Source of the DNA: a virus
Taxonomy: Duplodnaviria; Caudoviricetes
Virus record (IMG/VR): IMGVR_UViG_3300036854_000037
Coordinates: 1-61,708 of that record
Reading direction: 5' to 3' (one strand)
DNA: 61,708 nucleotides
In this document: piece after piece, positions 9,576-19,500 of the stretch
Position numbering within the stretch: position 1 is the first letter of the stretch
How the letters are laid out: the number at the start of each line of letters is the position of its first letter
Notes under the pieces: model-generated
Databases searched by the model: none
What the model saw: the letters and a program-made list of their open reading frames with translations, nothing else
What the model was told of the DNA's origin: nothing
Program-made: the position numbers and the translations under genes

Positions 9576-9776
9576 GTGATCATACCGACGACGATCGACA
9601 AGGAAGTCAGGGAGAAGATGGAGAGTCTCTTCGAGTACCACATCACAACAACCACCTTCGCCGAGTTCCTTGCTCGCGTGTTCAGTGATGAGTCGCTGAA
9701 TGCTGAGGGCTCCGACGCCGGCACCCTGTTCGTCGTCTGGACAGCCTTTGAAGTGGCCAAGGGGTATCGAGGCTGA
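9576..9776 (+). CDS. Hypothetical protein
   Basis: Fills the gap between the two nuclease subunits. Confidence 0.5.
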   Translation: MIIPTTIDKEVREKMESLFEYHITTTTFAEFLARVFSDESLNAEGSDAGTLFVVWTAFEVAKGYRG

Positions 9777-9778
9777 CC

Positions 9779-11644
9779 ATGCGGCTCGACTTCGAGTCTC
9801 TCAGAATTGTCAACTTCGGGTCCTTCAAGGGCAAACACGAGATTGAGCTTGCTGGCCAGCACCCAGCGCTCAACTTCGTCCGTGGTCGCAACCTCCTTGA
9901 CAAACGCCTTGGGAGCAACGGCGCCGGCAAGAGCACGCTGTGGAATGCGCTGTCCTGGTGCCTGACCGGCAAGACGACCCAAGGACTGCTTGGCCCTGAT
10001 GTACGCCCGTGGTCGGGTGATGGACAGACAATCGTTGAGGTCGTGATCAAGGGCGACAAGAAGCGCAGCACCATCGTTAGGAAGGCGGGACCCAACTCGG
10101 TCACGCTTGATGGTTCTCCCGTACTCCAACCAGCAATCGATCGTCTACTTGGCATGTCGTTCGAGGTGTTTCGCCAAACCATTCTCCTTGGTCAGGGCAG
10201 ACCACTGTTTCACGATCTACCGAACAGCGAGAAGCTCACGTTCCTGTCCGATGTGCTCGATCTCGAACGCTGGGACAAGTACTCGAAGAAGGCACAGGGA
10301 CTTGCCGGCGCTATGGAGGAGGAGCGTCACGACTTCGAGTCCCGGTACAACGCCGATACAGCCATCGTCGCCAGTCTAAAAGACCAGATCGTCAAACAGG
10401 AACGAGAGTACGAGTCCTGGGAGAAGGACAGGCAGTCCAGCCTCAAGACCACGGAGAAGGAGTTTGACGCGCTCACCAAGTCCCTTGCAGCCCTCGACAC
10501 CCGCTTGGGTGCGCTGACAGCTGAACACGACATGTCGGGTTATAACCTGGGGCTGCAGCAGGGCGACCTCGACAAGTTGGTCAAGGTGCAGCGGCTGGCC
10601 GAACGAGAGCTAGCCGAGGTCAAGGCCGGACACACAGCCCTGATGCGGCATCACGATGAGGCGAAGCAGAGACTAGAGGACCTTCTCAAAGCGCGCACCT
10701 GTCCGACCTGCGGGCAGCCAATCAAGAACCAGAAGGACTTCCTCAAGAACAAGGCCAGGGTCGAAGAACAGGTCACAAACTACTTCGACGACGCCGCCGA
10801 CTTGGACATCGAGTATCACACCAACACCGTCGCCAAGGCCAAGAAGCAACTCGAGGAATGCGAGGCTCTGGTCAAGAGCCAGCAGAAAGACCTGGACAAG
10901 TTAGGGGCCGAGAAGGACCTCATAGCCCATAACCGAAACGAGGAAGCCGTGCGGCACAGCGTCGCCAAGGCTGAGGTAGAGCGCCTGTCCACTTCTGCCA
11001 ACCCCCATCGCAAGCGCCTTGTCGATCTGAAGAAGTCCCGCGACGCAGCTGTGTCCGGGGCGAAGGAAGCAAAGGCCGAGATCGACAGGTTAGAGAAGCT
11101 CATTGACCGTCGCCTCTTCTGGGTCAAGTCCTTCAAGGACATTCGCCTCTTCGTGCTGGAAGATGTCCTGCACGAACTCGAGCTTGTGACCAACAGTATG
11201 CTGGACGCTGTGGGACTGACCGATTGGGAAGTCAGTTATGCGGTTGAGCGCGAGACCAAATCCGGCTCGATCAGAAAGGAGCTCCTAACCACGGTCACGA
11301 ACCCCCGCAAGGAAGGTGAGGGTGTGAAGTGGTCGGCTTGGTCAGGAGGTGAAGGACAACGCCTCAGGCTGGTCGGCGCTCTCGCCCTCTCCGAGGTCCT
11401 CCTCGCGCGCGCTGGGGTCGAATGCAATATCGAGGTGCTTGACGAGCCCACCCGCCACCTGTCAACTGAGGGTGCGCTTGATCTCTGCGAGTTCCTGTCG
11501 GACAGGGCTCAACGTCTTGGCCGGACGATCTGGTTGGTGGATCACAAGGCGATGGAGTCGAGCTACTTCGACAAGGTGATCACGGTGACCAAGGGCAAGG
11601 CGGGGTCATCCCTCTCGCTCCGAAACGGAGGCGCAAATGAGTAA
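9779..11644 (+). CDS. SbcC/Rad50 (gp46)-like ABC ATPase
   Basis: GSNGAGKS Walker A, coiled coil with CPTCG zinc hook, WSGGE signature, VLDEP Walker B, DH. Confidence 0.93.
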   Translation: MRLDFESLRIVNFGSFKGKHEIELAGQHPALNFVRGRNLLDKRLGSNGAGKSTLWNALSWCLTGKTTQGLLGPDVRPWSGDGQTIVEVVIKGDKKRSTIVRKAGPNSVTLDGSPVLQPAIDRLLGMSFEVFRQTILLGQGRPLFHDLPNSEKLTFLSDVLDLERWDKYSKKAQGLAGAMEEERHDFESRYNADTAIVASLKDQIVKQEREYESWEKDRQSSLKTTEKEFDALTKSLAALDTRLGALTAEHDMSGYNLGLQQGDLDKLVKVQRLAERELAEVKAGHTALMRHHDEAKQRLEDLLKARTCPTCGQPIKNQKDFLKNKARVEEQVTNYFDDAADLDIEYHTNTVAKAKKQLEECEALVKSQQKDLDKLGAEKDLIAHNRNEEAVRHSVAKAEVERLSTSANPHRKRLVDLKKSRDAAVSGAKEAKAEIDRLEKLIDRRLFWVKSFKDIRLFVLEDVLHELELVTNSMLDAVGLTDWEVSYAVERETKSGSIRKELLTTVTNPRKEGEGVKWSAWSGGEGQRLRLVGALALSEVLLARAGVECNIEVLDEPTRHLSTEGALDLCEFLSDRAQRLGRTIWLVDHKAMESSYFDKVITVTKGKAGSSLSLRNGGANE

Positions 11645-11936
11645 GTTCCTGCACTACACAGTCAAGGCAGCAAGCCTGCTCTTCTATGGTCTGTCCATCG
11701 CATTTGAACGACTGGCGGTCCTCTTCAACGGAGCGCATGATGTACTGGAAGCGGCAATCCGGCCAGCACCCCCACCACTGCCCAAGACGGGGACTACTAC
11801 AATGGTTGCCGCGGAGGAGGGGGCTGCCACACCTCGGGCAGTTCTGAGCCCAGTCGGGGTTGTTGCTGGCACCAAGGTCACGGCACCCGATCCAACACGC
11901 CCCATCATTATCGGAGGCGGCAAGCCTAAGGAGTAG
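11637..11936 (+). CDS. Hypothetical protein
   Basis: GGAGG RBS; overlaps the sbcC stop. Confidence 0.55.
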   Translation: MSKFLHYTVKAASLLFYGLSIAFERLAVLFNGAHDVLEAAIRPAPPPLPKTGTTTMVAAEEGAATPRAVLSPVGVVAGTKVTAPDPTRPIIIGGGKPKE

Positions 11937-12012
11937 CTTGCCGGTTGCAGCCGCCTATCCTAGAAGGGGTGAGGCTACCAAATTGGGTAGCCGTGCAAGT
12001 GAGCCCCACACC

Positions 12013-12300
12013 ATGTGGAAGAAAGTCAACCGGGCGCTCGAAAGATTGGAAGAGCGCCTAACTCGCATGGAGAAGCGTCTGATGACTGCCATCGACAATC
12101 TGCGCGCCCAGGTGGAGCGCAACAACTCCGTAACAGAGAGCGCCATCACCCTTCTGCAGGGCATCAAGACCCAGCTCGACAACGCCATCGCCAGCGGCGA
12201 CCCGGCCGCCATCCAGGCGCTTTCCGACACCCTGGGAACCGAGACCGACAAGCTGGCCGCCGCCGTCGTTGCCAACACCCCGGCCGCGCCGACTCCCTGA
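12013..12300 (+). CDS. Small coiled-coil phage protein
   Basis: MWKK..VERNNSVTESAITLLQG..AAAVVANTP; strong GC3 bias. Confidence 0.65.
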   Translation: MWKKVNRALERLEERLTRMEKRLMTAIDNLRAQVERNNSVTESAITLLQGIKTQLDNAIASGDPAAIQALSDTLGTETDKLAAAVVANTPAAPTP

Positions 12301-12354
12301 TCGACAATCGACGTTTCCTGCGCCGTGTAGTGGGGTGGCGCGGGGGAGATGCTA

Positions 12355-12387
12355 AGGGGCGGTACCCTGGGGCCGCCCCTATTTCTT
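12355..12387 (+). terminator. Putative intrinsic terminator at the convergence of the early and late blocks
   Basis: AGGGGCGG/CCGCCCCT stem followed by ATTTCTT. Confidence 0.55.
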
Positions 12388-12404
12388 ACCCCTCAGCGGC
12401 GTTC

Positions 12405-12734
12405 CTAGGCGGCCTTCTGCCTATCGGTGGCCTCAGCCACCTTCTTGGCCATATCGTGAACGAACTGAGGCACCCACCAGCGCGAGGCGTCTGGGAACAA
12501 GACCCACTTGTAGACGATAGCCAGCGCGCCGACACAGAAGATGAACGTGACGGACGATACGACCACGGGTGTCATCGTAACTTCCCTGCCCAACGCCATA
12601 TTAGACATGACGATGAACATCTGGGCCGACTGCAACGCCAACATCACCCAGGCGGAGAACAGCCAGAAGAACCGATAACGACTCTCGTACTGCATGAGAG
12701 ATCGAAGTTCGGTATCGACGTCTTGGGGAGTCAT
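12405..12734 (-). CDS. Two-TM membrane protein
   Basis: GAGGAGG RBS before MTPQDV; two hydrophobic segments. Confidence 0.6.
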   Translation of the reverse strand: MTPQDVDTELRSLMQYESRYRFFWLFSAWVMLALQSAQMFIVMSNMALGREVTMTPVVVSSVTFIFCVGALAIVYKWVLFPDASRWWVPQFVHDMAKKVAEATDRQKAA

Positions 12735-12886
12735 GTCATCCTCCTCCGATCGCTCTGGCAAAATGCATGGCGGCGGGTCGAGGGGTTCGTCATCCGGCAA
12801 TAGCCCCACAAGAACCCGCGAGCTGGGTTGTGTTGCAGCCATTTCATGCTCCTGTTCTCCCCCAAACCCCGGATCAAGATACCTGG

Positions 12887-13168
12887 TTACTTCCCCGAGC
12901 GTTCCAACCTATCGCGGATGACCGCCACGTCCTGTCTGATGTTGTACATCATGGTTGACAACTCAGAATTCGCCGATGACTGTCTCTGCATAGATAACTC
13001 AAGCGCCTGAATGCGCGTCTCGTGCTCCGAAATAGTCACACGATACGTAACATAACTGCCGGCAAGGATGCCAAGGAGCGAGAGGAGTGTCAGCACATTG
13101 CCGAGGCTGATCCGCTTGTCGAACGATATGGAATGCCCATCTGTCTTCTCAACGGTATCCACAGGCAT
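12887..13168 (-). CDS. Single-TM lysis-module protein (holin/antiholin-like)
   Basis: FDKRISLGNVLTLLSLLGILAG TM plus coiled coil; next to spanins. Confidence 0.55.
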   Translation of the reverse strand: MPVDTVEKTDGHSISFDKRISLGNVLTLLSLLGILAGSYVTYRVTISEHETRIQALELSMQRQSSANSELSTMMYNIRQDVAVIRDRLERSGK

Positions 13169-13240
13169 CAGCCCAACCCCGTGCTAGTGCGTCACCCCCA
13201 AGGCAAATGATATTGGGTGACCACCCCCACCTCAAGCACC

Positions 13241-13564
13241 TCAATTCTGCTTGTCCCTGAGAGCCTGATCACGGAGCTTGTAGTAACGAAGCAGTAAAGC
13301 GTGCCTGTTGCGGCAGTCGTCGAGGAGATCCGCATCAGTGCCCCACTTATCCTCGATCTCCTGCTGCTCCAAGACCTTTCGAGGAAGTGCCTTGGGACGA
13401 GGGCACGGAGAAGTCGCCCACTTGGGCGGGTCCTTTAGGACAGGCTTGACAGCGACAGACGCTGGCGCTGGCTGATCGCCCTTGACGTTGCTGCTTAGCG
13501 CCGCGCAACCGGCGCTGATTGAGACGATCGACAGCGCTAAGATCGAGACCAGGACGCTTGGCAT
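13241..13564 (-). CDS. o-spanin (Rz1-like) lipoprotein
   Basis: Signal peptide with SAG-C lipobox, Pro-rich, overlaps the i-spanin in another frame. Confidence 0.75.
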   Translation of the reverse strand: MPSVLVSILALSIVSISAGCAALSSNVKGDQPAPASVAVKPVLKDPPKWATSPCPRPKALPRKVLEQQEIEDKWGTDADLLDDCRNRHALLLRYYKLRDQALRDKQN

Positions 13565-14018
13565 CCGGGTCCTTGGAAGCAGCGGCGCGGAGCTTGTCGT
13601 TCTCAACCTGGAGGGCCTTGGTGTCGGCATCGTACTTCTCCTTCCACTTGTCCACCTCTTTCAGGGCATCGTCATTCGCTCGCTCTTGCCTGCCGGTCTC
13701 TTTCTCTGCGACCTTCTTGTAGGCCGCCTGTAACTCCGCAATGCGCTTCTCGTACTCAGGAACGATCATCTCCTCTCTATCAATGCCACCCTTGAGGTAG
13801 CCCGCGACAACGAGCACAGCCGCAATGCCCAAGCGGGACATGGGCGAGTCCGACTGAGCGATGTAGGCACAGGCAACCAGCGCACCCGCGAAGACAGCCG
13901 CCGACTTCCAGTCCGTGACCTCGAACCAATAATTGAAGCCAAAACCAGCGAGCACACCCGCAAGCGCAACAGCGATGGGCCAAAACCTGAGTATCAATCC
14001 AACAAGGCCGGCGATCAT
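13347..14018 (-). CDS. i-spanin (Rz-like)
   Basis: N-terminal TMs plus coiled coil, overlapping the lipoprotein gene. Confidence 0.7.
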   Translation of the reverse strand: MIAGLVGLILRFWPIAVALAGVLAGFGFNYWFEVTDWKSAAVFAGALVACAYIAQSDSPMSRLGIAAVLVVAGYLKGGIDREEMIVPEYEKRIAELQAAYKKVAEKETGRQERANDDALKEVDKWKEKYDADTKALQVENDKLRAAASKDPDAKRPGLDLSAVDRLNQRRLRGAKQQRQGRSASASVCRCQACPKGPAQVGDFSVPSSQGTSSKGLGAAGDRG

Positions 14019-14284
14019 TCCTTAGATGCTCCCATTCCAAGTTGCTTCGACACGGCGTCCAGTCCAAAGGCGAAGCCGGCGAATGTGATCACCATCGTGG
14101 TGATTGAGGAATACATGGGACCCCAGGCAGCCCCAATCGCCGTGATTGTCGCAGCATCGGTCGTGAAGATCGCAATCCTGGCGGTCATGATGGAAGTGAT
14201 CAGCATCCAGAACGCAAGTAGCGCAACCGCAACCTCGCGCTTGAAGGTCCTTACCGACCATCCCCACCTGATCGCTTGCAGCAT
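14015..14284 (-). CDS. Putative holin
   Basis: ~89 aa with two TMs, directly after the endolysin. Confidence 0.6.
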   Translation of the reverse strand: MLQAIRWGWSVRTFKREVAVALLAFWMLITSIMTARIAIFTTDAATITAIGAAWGPMYSSITTMVITFAGFAFGLDAVSKQLGMGASKE

Positions 14285-14294
14285 GACCCGCCTC

Positions 14295-14849
14295 TCAGCC
14301 GACGGCTGACCCTCCCGATGATATGGCAGCGAGCGCCTGTTGCTCCAATCGATCGGTGCGGCTGATCCAACCATTGCCAAAACGCCAGAATGTATTGAGC
14401 GAACGCAGGAACCTGCGCCTGCGTTCGATGTACGCCTTGATGAACTCCGGGAGGTCTTCAATCCCCGAAACAGCTGTCAGGCTCTTGGGGCCGATAACCC
14501 CATCGAGGTCCTCGTCCTTGAAACCAAGCTGCTTCTGCAAGTCAAGACCGGCGCGCTTGACCCCTGAGTTCACGGCGTAGTCAAATACGGGCTGATCGAG
14601 CCCAACCGGAAGCTGGTCGGCCTTGACCTTGTCCCAGTAGTTCTTCTTGTAGATCGACGCAACGTCGGCATCAGGGATGTGCCGCAAGGCTTCCTTCACC
14701 GCGACGAGATCCTTGATCCCAAGAAACTTGGCGTACTCCTTGAGGATGATGCCTTTGTTGGTTGGTCCGCCCGGATCGATTGGGTCATCGGTCCATCCGC
14801 CCTCGAACTCGAGAACTTGTGCAAGGCAGTAGTCGAAGCGCGCCGTCAT
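14295..14849 (-). CDS. Endolysin, glycoside hydrolase family 108 with peptidoglycan-binding domain
   Basis: FEGG..DDPIDPGGPTNKGI, FDYAVNSG, DGVIGPK, FGNGW..R. Confidence 0.92.
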   Translation of the reverse strand: MTARFDYCLAQVLEFEGGWTDDPIDPGGPTNKGIILKEYAKFLGIKDLVAVKEALRHIPDADVASIYKKNYWDKVKADQLPVGLDQPVFDYAVNSGVKRAGLDLQKQLGFKDEDLDGVIGPKSLTAVSGIEDLPEFIKAYIERRRRFLRSLNTFWRFGNGWISRTDRLEQQALAAISSGGSAVG

Positions 14850-14850
14850 C

Positions 14851-15249
14851 CTAACCCCCTGTTTTGACCAGAGCCATCTCACCGAGCTTCTGTAGGCCGG
14901 ACTCCATGAGGGCCCTCTTCGTCTCATAGCCCTGAGACCCTTTGATTGCATCCACCGTGGACAACGCTTGCAGGCGCAGTTGCTCGCGCAGATCGGGACC
15001 CACAAACATTGACGCCTGACACGATCGAAATCTCTGCTGCACAGACTCAATCATCTCGTCGTCCGATATGATGACAGGCACCCGCTCGCTGAAGTTGACC
15101 CCATCGAACTCAAGACCCGGTTCCACATTCTCGTGGCCGTTATCACTGAGTTCAACGAGAGTGCCATCCGGGATATAGTCGGGTTGCGTGGCGGGGTCGT
15201 AGGTAATGACGTTTACCACCTTCCCGTCCTTGACGACCGCGTATCGCAT
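14851..15249 (-). CDS. Tail-fibre-associated protein/chaperone
   Basis: MRYAVVKDGKVVNVI N-terminus, typical of genes following Gly-rich fibres. Confidence 0.6.
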   Translation of the reverse strand: MRYAVVKDGKVVNVITYDPATQPDYIPDGTLVELSDNGHENVEPGLEFDGVNFSERVPVIISDDEMIESVQQRFRSCQASMFVGPDLREQLRLQALSTVDAIKGSQGYETKRALMESGLQKLGEMALVKTGG

Positions 15250-15254
15250 GTTCC

Positions 15255-16511
15255 TCACCAACTGATTACAATGCACGTACCATCAGCGCCAGCGCCCGAG
15301 TTACCTGTGACAGAGCCACCGCCCCCACCCCCAGGTTGAGAACCGCTGGAAGCGCTCGCCGCACCTGTAGCACCAGCACCACCAACACCTCCAAAAAGAG
15401 ATGAGCCGGCAGCACCAGCACCAGTCGAACCGCCTCCCCCGCCACCCCCACCGCCATAAATTGACGAGCCTCCCGAACCTCCATTCTGTGTCGCACCCCC
15501 TCCGCCAGCACCAGCACCACCAAAAACACTGTCACCACCAGCATCAGCAGTGGTAGCAGTCGTGCCAGCACCTCCTCCACCACCACCAGCGATATTACCA
15601 CCAGCACCGTTGGTGCCGCCTGTGGTTGTTGCCTTACCCAGTGTCACAGCGGAAGCGCCTGCGTCCGAGATCAGGAGGGACTTGGGTGTACCACCATCTC
15701 CACCATCGTCGGTTGTGGATGACGATACACCAGCACCAGTCGAACCTCCTCCACCACCACCACCATTATTTGCAGCCGCACCAGAACCGCCACCGCCACC
15801 GAAGGCTGTGACATGCGATCCAAATGTGGTATTACCACCCGCTGCACCGTTGGTATCTGCGGTCGTGCGCGCCGCACCACCCGCACCAACCGATACACTA
15901 ATGGTTGCGGCGAGAGAAGCGGCATTCATGACGCGTTCGACAAACGCCCCACCTCCCCCACCTCCCCCACCCCGGCCAGCCCGGGTCTTGCCGCCTGAGC
16001 CGCCAGCAGCCCAAGCCCTTATCCAAACAGACGGCTTGTCAGTTGGCTTCGTCCAGGTACCAGAGGCTGTGAATGTCTGAATGTCGGAAAATCCCGAACC
16101 GCCTCCCCCACCACCTGATGTGCTACTCGACAGAGAAATAACTACAAACGACGAACCATTGAAGATCAGGATGTACGTCGTGGAGGTGTTGAGCTGGCCG
16201 GCTGTGAGGGCATCCCCATTCTGGGCCACCAAGGGGAAGGCGCCCTGTCCATCGATATTGAGAGTGGCCGCGCCTGTATTCGCGAGCGCCGGCCGGAACC
16301 AAAAACCCATGCCCGCTTGCGGGGCTGTGTCAAGCGCTGGTGTAACGCTGCCCGTGATGACGTTTGCTGTACCGGCGATGGAACCAACAACGAGAACACC
16401 AGCTGCCCACAAGGCGCGTGTTTGGGCTGCAACGGCATCGGCGTACTCGCCCTGCCCAATGAGACCGCCTGATACGTTGGTTGGAGTCGGTGAGTCCCTG
16501 GTAGTGACCAT
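15255..16511 (-). CDS. Glycine-rich tail fibre protein
   Basis: NTGAATLNIDG, QTFTASGTWTKP..GGGGG..GADG. Confidence 0.8.
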   Translation of the reverse strand: MVTTRDSPTPTNVSGGLIGQGEYADAVAAQTRALWAAGVLVVGSIAGTANVITGSVTPALDTAPQAGMGFWFRPALANTGAATLNIDGQGAFPLVAQNGDALTAGQLNTSTTYILIFNGSSFVVISLSSSTSGGGGGGSGFSDIQTFTASGTWTKPTDKPSVWIRAWAAGGSGGKTRAGRGGGGGGGGAFVERVMNAASLAATISVSVGAGGAARTTADTNGAAGGNTTFGSHVTAFGGGGGSGAAANNGGGGGGGSTGAGVSSSTTDDGGDGGTPKSLLISDAGASAVTLGKATTTGGTNGAGGNIAGGGGGGAGTTATTADAGGDSVFGGAGAGGGGATQNGGSGGSSIYGGGGGGGGGSTGAGAAGSSLFGGVGGAGATGAASASSGSQPGGGGGGSVTGNSGAGADGTCIVISW

Positions 16512-19500
16512 CAGTACAGTTCCCCATCAACCAGTAGGCTCGCCACAACCTGGGTAGTCCGCAAGATCTGCGGGTCCCCCGTCGTCAACCCAGCGGCCAC
16601 AGTGGCATTGACCGTGATCTGGTTGTTGAGACTCAGATCAGGGCTGTTCATCGCCAAGCTTGTGAGAGCATTGGCTGCCCCACCTGGGGAACGCAGTTCA
16701 AAATTGCCAACCACGTCCGCGACCACATTAACTGGTGGTATTGAAGCCAGCGGCGCGAAGAGCGGGATGACGATACGAGCTGAAACAGCCGAGTCGGCAT
16801 AGCCCTGTCCGATGGTATTTGACGTACCTATCCCTTGGAGAACCTGTGTGTACCTGAACGCACGTTCTTGCTGGAATGACAAGGGCAGCCACTCAAACGT
16901 CGTAGCGGGTGCGATCTCGAACTGTACCCCCGTGATGTCAAACGTGGCGCCCAAGGTCTCGACGAGGTTGATGCTGCCATTGACGCCTCGTGGGTGAACA
17001 CCCGTCTGCCACTGATTGGCTGTGTCGCTTCCCTGGGTCGTACCAATCCCGAGCGATACGCGCAGTGACAATGCTTTGCTACCGCTGGCTGTGAAATCGT
17101 AACCCAGCGGCGGCGCTGGTATCATAATGATACGTCTGTACCATGTATTGGCGGTCGGGATCGAAAACGTGAAGGGATAGGCATTCGTGTCGAGTGCATT
17201 ACCAAAGGCGCCCGTATACACACCAGCCACGGATGCCCTGACCATGAACGACAGCGCCATCTGCAAACCAGATGACAGGCCCCAGTCCATATTGAGGATG
17301 TCGTCCTGAGGAAAGTTGTACCCAATGAAGTACCTATCGTTAGTGGGTACGGGTGTGATCTGACTGGTGATCGTTGCGCGCAGGTAGTCACTGAACCCTG
17401 GAGGTGGACTGCCTGTCGCCAACTGCTGCACATTGAAGCGAACCGTGGTGCCCACGCTATCGCCACTGAATGCAAGCCAGCGATCCAACGTGTAGGTAGT
17501 GGTCTTGTCCGTGAGCGTGGCAACAGAACCTCTGTGGCGCTGGTCAAGGCGCATATCACCATTGATGATCTTGTTCCGCATAAACTCCTCGTCAACTTTC
17601 AATGGCTCAGGGAACGGCCACAGCTGCGGCGCCTCATCCACAAAGGTCATGGCCGCCTGAAGATTGGCGGCTGGCTTGATCTCGTAGACTATCATGCGGC
17701 GCGCTTCGCGCAACAAACGCCCCGTGGTCACCAGACATTCGCGCTCAAACACGTCTGCATCAATACCCGTCAGGGGCGGCTCTGGCGTAAGGGTAAAACC
17801 GTCTTCCGACACAGAGGCCGGGAAGATGCGCAAGGTCCCGTCTTTCTGCCTGACACAGACCCCCACATCCTGAGAGAAGAACTCTGTAGGTGTAATGAAG
17901 AAGGCAGGGGAGTCATCCAGGAAGAAGGTATCGATGGGAAGAACGGTACCGTCAACGTCGAAGCTTGTGACCTCCCCACCATCCACCGTGACCCTCAAAA
18001 TGCGCGTGAAGCCAGCGAATTGGTCAAGAGTATCATGTTGGACAACGACGAGATCGCCACGACGACAGACTAGCATCTCAACGTCAACGTCGCCGTAGTA
18101 GAATGTGAACCGATCTACAACCTGCTCCTGGTCGTAGAGCGCCTTGACCACGGCCTCTTCGAGCGTGACAAGACCATCGTACCTGATCTCCTCGAGTCGT
18201 CCTGCGTAGTCGAGCCCCAGACGAGGTACGACAATTGTGTGCTCATTGTAATCATCCGTGGCATCACTATACCGAACACGCAACCCATCAGGTCTGTGCC
18301 TGAGGAACGCCTTCTCCCACCTAAAGTTGTTCATATTGCGTGGTGTGAAGACCTGGGTGGGGACGATATTGGTGAAGTCCCTGTCCTGGGCTACGTCCCA
18401 CACCTCGCTCTGGCGCGCCCGTGCGTATCCGCATGAGGCAACAGTATCCAGTATCCTGTCGATGTTCTCGCCACTGAATACGGCATTGCACTCAAACCCA
18501 AGGTCCAGGCAACGTTGGCGCCACTCAACGAGCACCTCGTCATCGACCATCGACTCAGAGATTCTGTTGTCATTGAGATCGCCCACCAGCACGTCACGAT
18601 AGTGAGGCGCTGGATTGCTGGTGGCGTTCAAACCTGCCCACTCAGTACCATCCCAATCAGCCACGAGCCCTGAGGCGAGGATGCTCAAGGCATCAATACG
18701 ACGACCACGCACCTTGACATAGACAGCTGCAAAGTCACCCGTGCGGGCAATGGGCGGCGAGTTCCACACACTCGCGGCGCGAGAGAGCTGGATATCCTCA
18801 GCAGCATTGGATTGCTTGAGTAGGATTACAGCACTACCTGCCAAGAGCGCATAACCAAATAGATCGTAGACACCATCAGTCAAGGCATCCGCTGGCGGGT
18901 CCGTGACCATATTGTACGTGGCATACGTAAACTTGTCGGCGATATAGATTTGGCTACGCTTGACCTCAACCTCAATCGGGCCCTTGTCGATCAGACCATT
19001 GAGGAAGAACTCAGCCCGCTCTTGGGTGATACGGATATTTCGCAAGCCCGTGGTATTGAAGTTGTCGGAGTCGAAGTACGTATCGCCTGCCCCTGCGTAG
19101 AAATGCGGGTCGGCCTGCCACCCACCTGATCCAACGGGGGTTACGGTTTGCGTTGGTACCGTGTAGTACGCAGACTTCCAACACTTCTGTGCGAGGGGAA
19201 CAAAATTCGGGATGCCATTGGGCATTACCAGGTCTGAGTCCCAACGGAAGACCAGCATGCGAGAGAAGAGCGCGGAGCGACGTTCATGGATATGAACCTC
19301 TGGCATATTAAACCAGGTGTCCGTGCCGACAGCGCGCACGCGCACCCTGAATGCTACGCCATTAAACCACGTTGCATCAAAGCCTGTGTCGGTATAGAAG
19401 AGCCCCGCTGTGAATGTAAGCGTGACCCAAGCCTCATCAAAACCAACACCGCGCACCACAACAGACTGAGGCTGAGGCAAGCTACGCTGCGGGACAGTCT

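Noticed and set aside
15290-16120. Gly-rich low-complexity tract as a tandem repeat, collagen or PE-PGRS protein
   Set aside because: No G-X-Y periodicity or DNA repeat unit; it is an ordinary Gly-rich fibre domain.
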